Of a stretch of DNA of 64,000 nt, positions 49,300-60,077 are shown one piece after another. The DNA is from Cytophagales bacterium. GTDB taxonomy: Bacteria; Bacteroidota; Bacteroidia; Cytophagales; Hymenobacteraceae. Positions within the stretch are counted from its first letter, which is position 1. Every line of letters begins with the position of its first letter. The translations under genes and the position numbers were made by a program. The notes under the pieces are model-generated. The model did not search any database. It was not told where the DNA came from and worked only from the letters and a program-made list of their open reading frames with translations. The stretch is from NCBI GenBank assembly GCA_038213745.1, contig JBBQSQ010000001.1, positions 18,464 through 82,463 of the forward strand, written 5' to 3'.

Positions 49300-50754
49300 C
49301 TACGCGGCGACTTCTTCTTCCGGCTCGGTGATTTTGCGCAGCGAAGGAATGCCCAAGCGCTGCGGGAGTCGTCGCCAAAAATCCATTTCTAGCAAGCCCG
49401 AGTCATTGTAGGCCTGATAGAGGAAGAATAGCCCTGCAGGTAGTAGCACCAGATTCGACATCCACATCCCCACGCCCACTGGCATCACGAACTCGCGGCC
49501 GTATTTCTCGCCCATAATGCTAAGGACGTAATACACAATGAAAAAGAGGATGGAAATTAGAATCGGCACACCCAAACCGCCTTTCTTAATAATGGAACCC
49601 AATGGCGCACCAATCAAAAACATGAGCAGCACTGCCACCGACTGTGAATACTTGCGGTATACCTCAATGCGGAACAGCGCCGAATTGCGGGCGTAATCAT
49701 CCAGCTTATCGGCCGAGGAACTTGCAAACGACTGCAAATTGCGCGCCCGGCTAATGGACTGCTGCATAATGGGGGCCGTAAGTGCGGCCAGCTTGGCCAC
49801 AGGCACTTGCAGTTTTTCCACGCGGCGGTTGGCCGCCCGTCCAGTGGTATCGAACCGCACGAACGTGTAGTAGGAATTCATCTGCCGCGGCAATTGATGC
49901 TGCTCCATTTGCAGCTTCTTCTGCACTGAATCCGTGGCGGTACGGAGCTGAGGAATGTTGAGCATCATCCGATTGGTCTGGAAAAGCTCTTCTTTGGTTC
50001 GTCCTAAGTCGAACGAAGCCAGCGAAAACGTGACAATGTTGTGGTCGAACCCCTGGCGCACGAAACTGGCCCCGGCACGGTCCCGCGCATCGGGCTGCTC
50101 AATGTAATTATGGCCATGAAACAGTTCTAAGCCCAAATAACCGCCATTGAAGCGGGTGAACATGCGGCCTGAGTCGGCCAGCATCACGGTGGCGTTGCCC
50201 GATTTTTGGGTGTGGTCGTAAATCATTACCCCGTGCAGGCGGTCGCCGTTAACCCCCGTTTTCTTATCAACCTTGATGGTGTAGCCGGGGATACCGCTGT
50301 AAAATATGCCTTCGCGAATGTCCAGGGCCAACTTTTGCTGCCGGACGTCCCAAAGCAAGCTGTAGGCCTTTAGGTTGGCGCGCGGTACAATGGTTTCATT
50401 GAACCAGAACGCTCCCACGGCCAGCCCCACCGTTAGCAGCAGCACGGGCCGCAAAATCCGCGTCAGGGCAATCCCCGACGCCTTGATGGCCGTCAGCTCG
50501 TGGTGCTCGCCCAAATTGCCATACGTCATCAACGAAGAGAGTAGCACCGCCAAGGGCAGCGAAACGGGTACAATGAGCACGCTGAAATAGAACAGCAGCT
50601 GCAACAGCACGCCCGTACCCAAATCCTTGCCGATGATGTCATCCAGGTACTTAAGCAGCGTGTGCGTGAGCAGGATAAATTGCACCACGGCGAAGGTGAG
50701 CAGGAACGGGCCAGCGAAAGCCTTCAGGATAAGCTTGTCGAGCTTTTTAAGCAT
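49300..50754 (-). CDS. LptF/LptG family LPS export permease
   Basis: LPLAVLLSSLMTYGNLGEHHELTAIKASGI; IGAPLG.IIKKGG. Confidence 0.9.
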   Translation of the reverse strand: MLKKLDKLILKAFAGPFLLTFAVVQFILLTHTLLKYLDDIIGKDLGTGVLLQLLFYFSVLIVPVSLPLAVLLSSLMTYGNLGEHHELTAIKASGIALTRILRPVLLLTVGLAVGAFWFNETIVPRANLKAYSLLWDVRQQKLALDIREGIFYSGIPGYTIKVDKKTGVNGDRLHGVMIYDHTQKSGNATVMLADSGRMFTRFNGGYLGLELFHGHNYIEQPDARDRAGASFVRQGFDHNIVTFSLASFDLGRTKEELFQTNRMMLNIPQLRTATDSVQKKLQMEQHQLPRQMNSYYTFVRFDTTGRAANRRVEKLQVPVAKLAALTAPIMQQSISRARNLQSFASSSADKLDDYARNSALFRIEVYRKYSQSVAVLLMFLIGAPLGSIIKKGGLGVPILISILFFIVYYVLSIMGEKYGREFVMPVGVGMWMSNLVLLPAGLFFLYQAYNDSGLLEMDFWRRLPQRLGIPSLRKITEPEEEVAA

Positions 50755-50862
50755 AAGGGAGCGACGCTGCGCGATACGTACACGTCGGCGTTGAAACGAA
50801 GATTAAGGGGAAAAAGTACCGCCACCACAGCCGGACGTCATGAACCAGTTGCGGCGGGCTTG

Positions 50863-51276
50863 CTACCCTCCTACTTGTTCCCGGAGCTTAGCCACCAAGC
50901 CTTCCCACATTTCGTTCTGCTCGGCTTCGCTATGGCCCGCAGAGTAGTCCACTACACGCAAGTATACTTCGTCGGTCACCTGCGACGAATCGAGGGTAAA
51001 CTCCATGAAGTTCGCATCTGCTACTGGCTGGCGGTGGTCGTCGAGAAACACAAAGCGCACGGCACGATTCAAGCGTTGGCCCGAAATCTCGGCGTAGTGG
51101 TTTTCCTGGTCCCAGATAAAGTTGAGGCGTTGCCCTTCCACGTAGCGCACATCGTCGCAAAACCACTGGGTGAGTCCCGATGCCGTTGCCAGATAAGGGA
51201 AAAGAATTTTAGGCGACGCGTTGATGGGAAATTCCACCACGAAGCGCGTTTTAGTTTGAGTATCAGGCAAAGCCAT
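50863..51276 (-). CDS. START-like domain protein
   Basis: EFPINASPKILFPYLATASGL.QWFCDDV; ATG at 51276. Confidence 0.8.
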   Translation of the reverse strand: MALPDTQTKTRFVVEFPINASPKILFPYLATASGLTQWFCDDVRYVEGQRLNFIWDQENHYAEISGQRLNRAVRFVFLDDHRQPVADANFMEFTLDSSQVTDEVYLRVVDYSAGHSEAEQNEMWEGLVAKLREQVGG

Positions 51277-51408
51277 AGAAGTAAACGAAGAGACCTGCAG
51301 GACAGTCGGTAATACGCCAACCGCATGCGAGAGAAATACAGTGTTTTTTAGCTCAAAACCTTGTTTCGAGGCTAATTGTAACGTTACCTTTGCACCCACA
51401 AAAAACCC

Positions 51409-51482
51409 GGCGGGGTAGCTCAGCTGGTTAGAGCACAGGATTCATAACCCTGAGGTCGGCGGTTCGAGCCCGCCTCCCGCTA
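51409..51482 (+). tRNA. tRNA-Met(CAT), elongator type
   Basis: GGCGGGG acceptor, anticodon loop TTCATAA, GGTTCGAGCCC T-arm; no C1:A72 mismatch or three G-C anticodon-stem pairs; promoter TACCTTTG at 51385-51392; terminator at 51487-51521. Confidence 0.92.
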
Positions 51483-51676
51483 CGTTAAGGCCGTTTCAGC
51501 AATTGCTGAAACGGCCTTTTTGCGTTACAGCCGTTTAGCGAAGAAGACGGAAGTTGCTACAGAATTTGGCAGCCAATTGGTTACCCTTTACCAAAGCCGG
51601 GCTTAGAATGCCTAAAAACAAGAAAACGCTAAACCCAAGGGCCAGCGTTTTCTTGGTTGATAGTGCGCAGAGACAG

Positions 51677-52021
51677 TTATTTTGCCTTCTCCACGATGCC
51701 TTTGAAGGCCTCAGGATGGTTCAGGGCCAAATCAGCCAGCACTTTGCGGTTGAGTTCAATGCCAGCCTTTTTCAGGCCGCCCATCAACTGCGAGTACGAC
51801 AGGCCGTGCTCACGAGCGCCGGCGTTGATACGCTGAATCCAGAGGGCACGGAATTCGCGCTTCTTTACTTTACGGTCGCGGTAGGCGTAGAGAAGACCTT
51901 TTTCAACAGCATTCTTGGCTACGGTCCAAACGTTTTTGCGACGGCCATAGTAGCCTTTCGCCAAACGCATGATTTTCTTACGGCGGTGGCGCGAGGCCAC
52001 GTGGTTGACACTTCTTGGCAT
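51677..52021 (-). CDS. rplT: 50S ribosomal protein L20
   Basis: [32 protein letters not shown]. Confidence 0.98.
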   Translation of the reverse strand: MPRSVNHVASRHRRKKIMRLAKGYYGRRKNVWTVAKNAVEKGLLYAYRDRKVKKREFRALWIQRINAGAREHGLSYSQLMGGLKKAGIELNRKVLADLALNHPEAFKGIVEKAK

Positions 52022-52091
52022 AACCTAGAGAGTTTTTGGCAGCCGGCGACGGGTGAAGGTCTTAAGGCCGGAAGCCTGGTTTAGAAAAATT

Positions 52092-52179
52092 AATTATGAG
52101 TTATAAATTATGAGTTATGAATTAATCTGAATTGGCTGAAACGGCTAACTCATAATTCATAACTTTTAATTCATAATTT
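52092..52179. repeat. Heptamer-array inverted repeat (AATTATG/AGTTATG family)
   Basis: aattatg agttata aattatg agttatg aatt ... aactcat aattcat aactttt aattcat aatt. Confidence 0.85.
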
Positions 52180-52180
52180 C

Positions 52181-52375
52181 TCAGATGTTAAGCATCTGGC
52201 GCACACGGTTCATGTCGGCGCTGCTCACGAGGCCGGTGTGGGTCAGGCCGCGCTTCTGCTTGGTCGTCTTCTTCGTGAGGATGTGTGATTTGAAGGCGTG
52301 CTTCCGCTTCACCTTGCCCGTTCCGGTGAGCGCAAAGCGCTTCTTGGCACCGGATTTCGTCTTTACTTTCGGCAT
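52181..52375 (-). CDS. rpmI: 50S ribosomal protein L35
   Basis: [25 protein letters not shown]. Confidence 0.98.
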   Translation of the reverse strand: MPKVKTKSGAKKRFALTGTGKVKRKHAFKSHILTKKTTKQKRGLTHTGLVSSADMNRVRQMLNI

Positions 52376-52459
52376 TGTAGTAAGTGTTGGAGGGTTGGTT
52401 GTTGATTGTTGATTGCTGACTGACCAGTGGTCGGGAAGCCATCTTCAACCGGGTAAAAT

Positions 52460-53146
52460 CTATTCGGCGGCGTCGGCAGCGGGTGCTGGAGCCGTTTCGG
52501 AGGTCTGGTCAATGGTTTCTGCTTTGGGCTCGGCCGGTTTGGGGGCCTTCGGCTTGGCATCAGCGGCAATAGCGGGCTTAGCGACGGGCTTCACCACGGC
52601 AGCCGCTTTCGGGGCCAGGTAGAGGAACATCCGCTTGCCTTCGAGTTTGGGCAGCTGCTCCACTTTGGCGAGGTCCTCAAGGGCCTGGGCAAACTTGAGC
52701 AACAGGATTTCGCCGCGCTCTTTGAACACGATGCTACGACCAACGAAGTGCACGTAGCTCTTGATTTTCGCGCCTTCGCGCAGAAACTCCTGCGCGTGCT
52801 TCACCTTGAAGGCAAAATCGTGCTCGTCGGTGTTGGGGCCGAAGCGGATTTCCTTGAGCACGACCTTGGTCTGCTTGGCTTTTAGCTCGCGGGTTTTCTT
52901 CTTCTGCTCGTACTTGAATTTCGAGTAGTCGATGACGCGACAAACGGGCGGGGTGGCGGTGGGCGAAATCTCAACCAGGTCGAGATTTTGCTCCTGCGCC
53001 ATTTTCCGGGCCTGGTCCGTTGGATAAACACCCTGTTCGACGTTGTCGCCAACGAGTCGTACCTCGCGGGCCAGGATTTTCTGATTGATTTTGAACGGCT
53101 CTTCCACCTGCTGGCGGGGCACGTACCGACGATTCGGAGCTGCTAT
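52460..53146 (-). CDS. infC: Translation initiation factor IF-3 with non-canonical ATA start
   Basis: IN..I...[24 protein letters not shown]; in-frame ATA at 53146 preceded by AGGAGG (53155-53160). Confidence 0.93.
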   Translation of the reverse strand: MAAPNRRYVPRQQVEEPFKINQKILAREVRLVGDNVEQGVYPTDQARKMAQEQNLDLVEISPTATPPVCRVIDYSKFKYEQKKKTRELKAKQTKVVLKEIRFGPNTDEHDFAFKVKHAQEFLREGAKIKSYVHFVGRSIVFKERGEILLLKFAQALEDLAKVEQLPKLEGKRMFLYLAPKAAAVVKPVAKPAIAADAKPKAPKPAEPKAETIDQTSETAPAPAADAAE

Positions 53147-53362
53147 GGTTTGGTCCTCCTGCTAAAAAAGTGGCGGGGAATGAGAGTCTGGGCGGTTTAG
53201 GCTGGGTATGGCCTGGTTATCAAGGGGCAAATATCGGCATTTTTAATTAGAAAGGCAAGTGGATTACCTAATCAATTTGCCTACCAAGGCAAAAAAGACC
53301 GTCCTACTCGTCTGGCGTCCGCGCAGTCGAGCAGGAAGGTATTCTTCCAGTTCCAAGCCTGA

Positions 53363-55297
53363 TTAATACGCTTCTACAATCTGGCTTTGGACGCTTTTCA
53401 CGAACGCATCAATGGGCATGGAGCCGAGGTCGCCTTCGCCATGCTTGCGCACGCTGATAATGTTATCCTGGGCTTCCTTCTCCCCTACTACTAACAGATA
53501 AGGCAGCTTGGCCATCTCCGCGTCGCGGATTTTACGGCCGATGCGCTCGTCGCGGGCATCCACGGTGCCGCGCAAGTCGCGCTGTTCCAGCTGGGCTTTC
53601 ACTTCATTGGCGTAATCGATGTACTTGTCGGAGATGGGCAGCACGATGAACTGCTCGGGGGTGAGCCAGAGTGGAAAATTGCCGGCGCAGTGCTCGATTA
53701 GCACGGCCACGAAACGCTCCAGCGAACCGAAGGGGGCGCGGTGCAGCATCACGGGCCGCTGCTTGGTGTTGTCGGGCGCCACGTATTCGAGGTCGAACCG
53801 CTCGGGCAGGTTGTAATCGACCTGGATGGTGCCAAGCTGCCAGCGGCGGCCCAGGGCGTCGCGCACCATAAAGTCAAGTTTGGGGCCGTAGAATGCGGCT
53901 TCACCAAGCTCGGTGACGGTGGGCAGGCCTTTTTCGGCAGCGGCCTCCTGGATGGCGCTTTCGGCCAGGGCCCAGTTTTCGTCGGAGCCGATGTACTTGG
54001 TTTTGTTCTCGGGGTCGCGCAGGCTGATTTGGGCCGTATAATCTTCAAAACCGAGGTTTTTGAAAACGTAAAGCACCAGGTCAATTACTTTCTTAAACTC
54101 CTCTTTTACCTGGTCGGGGCGGCAGAAGATGTGGGCATCGTCTTGCGTGAAGCCGCGCACGCGGGTGAGGCCGTGCAGCTCGCCCGACTGCTCGTAGCGG
54201 TACACGGTGCCGAATTCGGCGTAGCGCACGGGCAGGTCGCGGTAGCTGCGGGGCTCAGTTTTGTAGATTTCGCAGTGGTGCGGGCAGTTCATCGGCTTGA
54301 GGAAGAATTCCTCGCCGGGGTTGGGCGTTTTGATTGGCTGGAAGGAATCCGCGCCGTATTTTTCGTAGTGGCCGCTGGTCACGTAAAGCTCTTTGGAGCC
54401 GATGTGGGGCGTGACGACGGGCTGGTAACCGGCCTTCACCTGGGCTTTGCGAAGGAATTGCTCCAGGCGTTCGCGCAGGGCGGTGCCTTTGGGCAGCCAC
54501 AGGGGCAGGCCCGCGCCTACTTTCTCAGAGAAAGCGAACAGCTTCAGCTCTTTACCGAGCTTGCGGTGGTCGCGGCGCTTGGCTTCTTCAAGGCGTTCGA
54601 GGTACTCGGTGAGGTCTTTGGCCTTGGGGAAGGTGATGCCGTAGAGGCGCGTGAGCTGCTTGTTCTTCTCGTCGCCGCGCCAGTAGGCTCCGGCCACGTT
54701 CATCAGCTTGGCCGTCTTGATGGTACCAGTATCGGGAATGTGCGGACCGCGGCAGAGGTCGGTGAAGCCGCCTTGGGTGTAGAAGGTGATTTGGCCATCT
54801 TCGAGGCCGTCAATCAGCTCCAGCTTGTAGGGGTCCTGCTTCTCGGTGAAGTAGGCGATGGCATCGGCTTTCGAAACCTCCTTGCGCTCGTAGCGGCTTT
54901 TCGTTTTGGCCAGCTCCAGCATCTTCTTCTCGATTTCGGGGAAGTCTTCGCTGCTGATGCTGCGGCCTTCGCCGAGGTCGACGTCGTAGTAGAAACCGTT
55001 TTCGATGGCCGGGCCGATGGCCAGCTTCACGCCGGGGTACAGCGCTTCGAGGGCTTCGGCCATGAGGTGGGCCGAGGAGTGCCAATACGTTGACTTACCG
55101 GCGGCGTCGTTCCAGGTGAGGATTTCGACAGTAGCATCGTTGGTGAACGGGCGGTGCAAGTCGCGCACTTCGCCGTTGACGCGCACGGCCAAGGCATTGC
55201 GCGCCAGGCCTTCGCTGATGCTGGCAGCCAGGTCGTAGCCAGTCGAACCGGACTCGACCAGGCGAACCGAGCCGTCGGGGAGGGTGATGTTGAGCAT
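53363..55297 (-). CDS. thrS: Threonine--tRNA ligase
   Basis: TGS domain, [34 protein letters not shown]; ATG at 55297. Confidence 0.98.
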   Translation of the reverse strand: MLNITLPDGSVRLVESGSTGYDLAASISEGLARNALAVRVNGEVRDLHRPFTNDATVEILTWNDAAGKSTYWHSSAHLMAEALEALYPGVKLAIGPAIENGFYYDVDLGEGRSISSEDFPEIEKKMLELAKTKSRYERKEVSKADAIAYFTEKQDPYKLELIDGLEDGQITFYTQGGFTDLCRGPHIPDTGTIKTAKLMNVAGAYWRGDEKNKQLTRLYGITFPKAKDLTEYLERLEEAKRRDHRKLGKELKLFAFSEKVGAGLPLWLPKGTALRERLEQFLRKAQVKAGYQPVVTPHIGSKELYVTSGHYEKYGADSFQPIKTPNPGEEFFLKPMNCPHHCEIYKTEPRSYRDLPVRYAEFGTVYRYEQSGELHGLTRVRGFTQDDAHIFCRPDQVKEEFKKVIDLVLYVFKNLGFEDYTAQISLRDPENKTKYIGSDENWALAESAIQEAAAEKGLPTVTELGEAAFYGPKLDFMVRDALGRRWQLGTIQVDYNLPERFDLEYVAPDNTKQRPVMLHRAPFGSLERFVAVLIEHCAGNFPLWLTPEQFIVLPISDKYIDYANEVKAQLEQRDLRGTVDARDERIGRKIRDAEMAKLPYLLVVGEKEAQDNIISVRKHGEGDLGSMPIDAFVKSVQSQIVEAY

Positions 55298-55640
55298 AGA
55301 ATGGGGTAAAAGGCCCGAAGGGCAAAGCTGGGCGCAAGTTAGCACTTGCCAGGCGAGGCCACCTAGTATTTTGCCGTAACGGGTAGGGGAAGTACTCCTG
55401 AGTCGTCGACCAGCCCGAGGGCACTGGTTATACGCGAACGGTGAGTAGCGGCAAAAGGCGGACGAAGCACTGCTTCTAACCAATGACCTTTAGCAAGACC
55501 AACGTTAAGTATTACTTAATAATTTTTATTATATATACAAGTATTAATATAATTATTATATTTACACGCAACAAAGCCCGCGGCGAGACGCCTCTTGGTC
55601 AAGCTCAGTCGTATTTTTTCACTTCCTCCCATTTTCAGCT

Positions 55641-57692
55641 ATGAACAAAAAATACTTAAGTGTCGTCACTGCCGGTTTGCTGGCACTAGCGGCGCTAACC
55701 GGAATTTCTGCGGCTGCCCAAGGCGTGCCCAAAGGCAAAATATCGGCTAGTTTGCTCAGCCTCACCCAGGCCGGCGCACGCAACCAGGGACCACAAGCCC
55801 CAAAGTCAATTTCTCCGTTTGAAGCCACCAGCGACATCCAGGTTTACGACGGCTACGTGGTGATTGAAGCAGTAGCAACCACGGCCAATGCCAAGAAACT
55901 GCTGGCCGACTTGCAAGCCAAAGGCTTACGCAACGGAGTAGCCTACGGGGCGCTGGTATCCGGCTTGTTTCCGGTGGACAAGCTGGCTACGCTCGAACAA
56001 CTGGCATCGCTGCAACTGGTGCGGCCGGCTTATAAACCCGCCCTCAACGTGGGCCGGACCACCAGCCAAGGCGACCAGGCGCTGCGCGCGGACGTGGCCC
56101 GCGCTAAGTATGGATTGACCGGTAACGGCGTGAAAGTGGGCATTTTATCCGACAGCTACAACAACCTGGGCGGGGCCGCCGCCGGGGTAGCCAGCAACGA
56201 CCTGCCCCCCAACGTACAGGTACTGGCCGACTTGCCTTCTGGTGGCATCGACGAAGGTCGTGGGATGGCCGAAATAGTGCACGACGTGGCACCCCAGTCG
56301 GCTATTGCCTTTCACACCGCTTTTCTGGGCCAGGCCGATTTTGCCCAAGGCATTGAGGACCTGCAAAGTGCCGGCTGCAAAGTAATTGTCGATGACATCA
56401 TTTACTTTGCCGAGCCATTTTTTCAGGATGGCATCATTGCCCAGGCGGCCAACAAGGTAGTGCGCCGGGGCTCGGCTTATTTTTCGTCGGCTGGCAACCA
56501 GGGCCAGCAATCGTACGAAACGTCGTTCAATAACTCGGGTAGTCAGATTCCGGGCATACCGGGCGTGGCACACAACTTTGCGGGCAATGGCGACGTGCAG
56601 CCCGACCTTCGGCAAAGCGTGACGGTAGGGCCGCGCAGACGATTGTCGCTGGCCCTGCAATGGGACGACCCGTTTTTTTCGGCGAGCGGCCTCCGCGGGG
56701 CGAAAACCGACCTGGACTTGTACATCCTCTTCAATGGCCTGCCCATCTTTTCGTCCGCTGACAACAACATCGGCGGCGACCCCTTCGAGTTTATCAGCAT
56801 CACGAACAACGGAGCTGCGGCCGCGACCGTGGAAGTGGTGATTGTGAAATTTGCCGGCCCCGACCCCACCCGAATCAAATACATCAACTACGGCGACCGG
56901 CCCCTGGCTCTCGAGTACGATACGCAAAGCGCAACGCTAACCGGCCATGCCAACGCCGAGCAGGCCGTGGCCGTGGCCGCCGCCCCGTATTTCAACACGC
57001 CCCTGTTCAATCCGAACACCCGCGTGCCGGTCGTGGAAGCCTTCTCTTCGTTGGGCGGCACCCTCATTCTGTTCAGTCCCGATGGCAAGCGCCTCAGCAA
57101 GCCCCGCTTGCAGGAGAAACCGGAAATAACCGGGCCTGATGGGGCCAACACCACCTTCTTCCCGCCCTTTCCCGGAGCTGACTTTGAGGGCGATGGCTTC
57201 CCCAATTTTTTCGGTACGAGTGCTGCGGCACCGCACGTAGCGGCCGTGGCCGCCCTGCTGGTAGAAGCGACTCAAGGCGTCATCGCACCGCTTGCCATCA
57301 CGGAAGCGTTAGAAAAAACTGCTCTTGACATGGACAACCCGCTCACGCCGAGGTTCGACCGAGGGTTTGACTTTAAAACGGGCTTTGGCTTTGTTCAAGC
57401 CGATGCAGCACTGATGCGGGTGCTCAACGACAGCCCGACGCCCCCCGGCGACGCGCTGGTTTCGATGTATCCCAACCCAGCGAGCGACCAGGTTACCTTC
57501 AGGGTAACCGCCCCGGACCATCAGCTAATAAAGCTCACGGTGCTGGACCGCATGGGCCGGGAAGTATTTCACGGCGAAGGCCTCGAACAACTGGCCATCA
57601 CGAAGAACATCAGTGGATTGCTTAAAGGCATGTACGTAGCCAAGGTGCAAACCGGCACCAGTGTCAAAACACAGGTACTGGTGCTTGAGTGA
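55641..57692 (+). CDS. S8-like serine peptidase with T9SS type A C-terminal sorting domain
   Basis: GVKVGILSD, SSAGN, FFGTSAAAPH; C-terminal YPNP...G.Y..KV... Confidence 0.85.
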   Translation: MNKKYLSVVTAGLLALAALTGISAAAQGVPKGKISASLLSLTQAGARNQGPQAPKSISPFEATSDIQVYDGYVVIEAVATTANAKKLLADLQAKGLRNGVAYGALVSGLFPVDKLATLEQLASLQLVRPAYKPALNVGRTTSQGDQALRADVARAKYGLTGNGVKVGILSDSYNNLGGAAAGVASNDLPPNVQVLADLPSGGIDEGRGMAEIVHDVAPQSAIAFHTAFLGQADFAQGIEDLQSAGCKVIVDDIIYFAEPFFQDGIIAQAANKVVRRGSAYFSSAGNQGQQSYETSFNNSGSQIPGIPGVAHNFAGNGDVQPDLRQSVTVGPRRRLSLALQWDDPFFSASGLRGAKTDLDLYILFNGLPIFSSADNNIGGDPFEFISITNNGAAAATVEVVIVKFAGPDPTRIKYINYGDRPLALEYDTQSATLTGHANAEQAVAVAAAPYFNTPLFNPNTRVPVVEAFSSLGGTLILFSPDGKRLSKPRLQEKPEITGPDGANTTFFPPFPGADFEGDGFPNFFGTSAAAPHVAAVAALLVEATQGVIAPLAITEALEKTALDMDNPLTPRFDRGFDFKTGFGFVQADAALMRVLNDSPTPPGDALVSMYPNPASDQVTFRVTAPDHQLIKLTVLDRMGREVFHGEGLEQLAITKNISGLLKGMYVAKVQTGTSVKTQVLVLE

Positions 57693-57774
57693 GCGCAGGA
57701 GGCACAATTGACCGGGTCCGCGCGGCCGGCGCAAGCGTTGCGCCGGCCGCGTGAATCACCACACGCGGCAAAAG

Positions 57775-58935
57775 CTATTCCCTACCGGACTGTAAAGGCG
57801 ATAACGGCGCGATGGGCAACGGCCGCACCAACCGCCGGTAATAGGCGCGCGGGGCGGGCCGCAGGCTGTCGGGTAGCAGGGCCTGCGCGCGGTCACCCAG
57901 TTTCCAGGCCTTGAAAGTCCAGTGCTGATTGCCGGGATTTTCAGCCACTAACAGCCGGTATTGAGTCAGGGCTTCGGGCAGACGGTTTTGGGCTTCGAGC
58001 GCTTCGGCGAGCAGGGCGCGGGCTTCAGGCAGGCGCGGGTTGCGGCGCAGGGCCCGACTCAAGTGCTGAATAACGACAACTGGCTGGCGGGATTTGGCGG
58101 CGGCCAGGCCGAGGCGGTAATCGGCCCGGTAAACCGTTGTGTCGAGAACCAGCGCGCGGCGGTAGTACCAGAGGGCGCTATCGGGGCGGCCCTGGAGTTC
58201 CAACTGACGGCCATAATCGTAGCGCAACAGGCCGGACGTGGTGTCGAGCTTCATCCCCAACGCGGCGTGGCGGGCGGCGTCGGCCGGAATGCGCCAGGCA
58301 TTCAGCAAAAAAGCCAACTGGTGCAGGATTTCGGGCTCGCGCGGGTCACGGGCCAAGGCATCTTGCAAATACTGAACAGCCGTGCTGGTATCGGCAGTGG
58401 CGGCGTAGGCAAGGCCCTTGTAGAAGAGGGCGGCGGGCTGGTCGGGGTCGAGCCGCAGGGTGCGGTCAAGGTTGTCGAGGGCAGCGGGGTAATCGCGGGC
58501 GGCGAGGTGGGTTTCGCCCACCAACAGCGGCAACTCGGGGCCGGAGAAGCCGTGTTCGGCCGCTTGGCGCGCGGCGGCCAGGGCCTCGGCTAATTGCCCC
58601 AACGCTCGGTAGGCCCGTGCCTGAATGAAGTACAGATTGCCGGCAGCGTTGTCGATTTCGAGGGCCGCGGCCACATCAAGCAAAGCAGCCTGGGGCTGGC
58701 CGGCAGCTAGGCGGAGGGTGGCGCGGCGGGCTAGCAGCGCGGAATTGCGGGGCTCGCGGGCAATGGCCCCGTTCAACTCATCGGCCTGCACGCGGGGGCC
58801 ACTCTGCACCGTTTTTAAATTCACGAGGGTATCGGGCCGTTCGGTTGGCGCGGCTTGGCAGCCAGCCAGGGCCAACCCGGCCAAGAGCACCCACCGGCAC
58901 CCGGAAAAGCGAACAAAAAACACAGGTAACGGCAT
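57775..58935 (-). CDS. TPR lipoprotein
   Basis: Lipobox LAGC; multiple TPRs. Confidence 0.8.
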   Translation of the reverse strand: MPLPVFFVRFSGCRWVLLAGLALAGCQAAPTERPDTLVNLKTVQSGPRVQADELNGAIAREPRNSALLARRATLRLAAGQPQAALLDVAAALEIDNAAGNLYFIQARAYRALGQLAEALAAARQAAEHGFSGPELPLLVGETHLAARDYPAALDNLDRTLRLDPDQPAALFYKGLAYAATADTSTAVQYLQDALARDPREPEILHQLAFLLNAWRIPADAARHAALGMKLDTTSGLLRYDYGRQLELQGRPDSALWYYRRALVLDTTVYRADYRLGLAAAKSRQPVVVIQHLSRALRRNPRLPEARALLAEALEAQNRLPEALTQYRLLVAENPGNQHWTFKAWKLGDRAQALLPDSLRPAPRAYYRRLVRPLPIAPLSPLQSGRE

Positions 58936-58973
58936 AGGAGATGCAAAGTACGGACAGGTTGGGCCGTAGGCAC

Positions 58974-59981
58974 CTATTGCTTGCGCCGCACGGTGTCGGC
59001 GGTAGTTCGGCTGGAGTCAGTCCTTAGCAGTACGGGCGAGGCAACGGCGCGCTGCTGCAGCTTTGCCCGGCGCTTTTGGCGGCGGGCATCGGCGCGCAGC
59101 AGTGGCGGCAGCATTTTACGGCACAGGCGGCTCACAACCAGGTCTTCGCTGGTAATGGGGGTTATTTTTTCGGCTTCGCGCAGCACGGCAATGGCCCGGC
59201 GGCGGCTGCCCTGGTAACGGTATACCCGGGCCAGGTCGTAGCAGATTTGCAGGTTTTGCGGTGCTAGTTCGTGGGCCTTGCGCAGGTTTAGCACGGCTTC
59301 GCGGCTGTCGCCGCCCGCGGGCACACCGCCCAGCACGAGCTTGCTGTAGAGCCGTTCAAGCAGGCTGTAATGGGCCACGCGGTACTGCCAGCGCCCCAGC
59401 AACTGCCAGACTTCGGGCAAATCGGGGCGGCGCTCGGTGGCAAGGTACACGTGAGAGCGCAGGTCACGGAAGGCCTCCAGCCGGGCTCCCGAACGGTAGA
59501 GCGTGGCTTGGTTAAATAGCGCCACGGCCACGGCGTAGTTGCTTTCGCCCCCTTCGGGCTGCAGTTGCAGGGCACGGTCAGCGTACTGACGAGCGGCGTC
59601 GAAATAGGCGGACTTGCGGGTGTCGTCGGAATAGCGGCTGCCAATTTTTACGCTGAGCACGGCGGACTGCCACAGGGCGAGGTAATGGTTGGAATTGGTT
59701 TTCAGCACATCCTGATAAACGGCCAGCGCTTCGGAGTCCTTGAAACTATTGGCCAAGATGGCGGCCTGAAACAGCTTTACCCGCACCGCCGGCGGGTCGG
59801 AGGGCGGCGCAGGGGCGGGAGTGCTTGAGGCCGGCCGCACGGCTTTGGGTGGCCGCGCCCGAAATTGCCCAGCAGCCGGCCAAGCTGCTAAGAAGCCGAT
59901 TATCAGCGCACCTGATACCCGAAGCCGCCAAAACCGCAAGGGAAAAATGAAGCAAGCAAGCCGCCGAAATAACAAACGCAT
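58974..59981 (-). CDS. Exported helical-repeat (TPR-like) hypothetical protein
   Basis: Signal-like N-terminus; TPR-like repeats. Confidence 0.65.
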   Translation of the reverse strand: MRLLFRRLACFIFPLRFWRLRVSGALIIGFLAAWPAAGQFRARPPKAVRPASSTPAPAPPSDPPAVRVKLFQAAILANSFKDSEALAVYQDVLKTNSNHYLALWQSAVLSVKIGSRYSDDTRKSAYFDAARQYADRALQLQPEGGESNYAVAVALFNQATLYRSGARLEAFRDLRSHVYLATERRPDLPEVWQLLGRWQYRVAHYSLLERLYSKLVLGGVPAGGDSREAVLNLRKAHELAPQNLQICYDLARVYRYQGSRRRAIAVLREAEKITPITSEDLVVSRLCRKMLPPLLRADARRQKRRAKLQQRAVASPVLLRTDSSRTTADTVRRKQ

Positions 59982-60077
59982 AAGGGCAAATAAACGGCGC
60001 ACAACGCTTGGCTCAGCAAAGCTAGCAAGATTGGTGATGAGGCCACTAGTTCGCCACGGCTTGCTTAAAAGCAACGT

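Noticed and set aside
51409-51482. tRNA-CAT as initiator fMet or Ile2
   Set aside because: Lacks the C1:A72 mismatch and the three G-C anticodon-stem pairs of initiators; overall sequence looks like elongator Met, though Ile2 is not strictly excluded.
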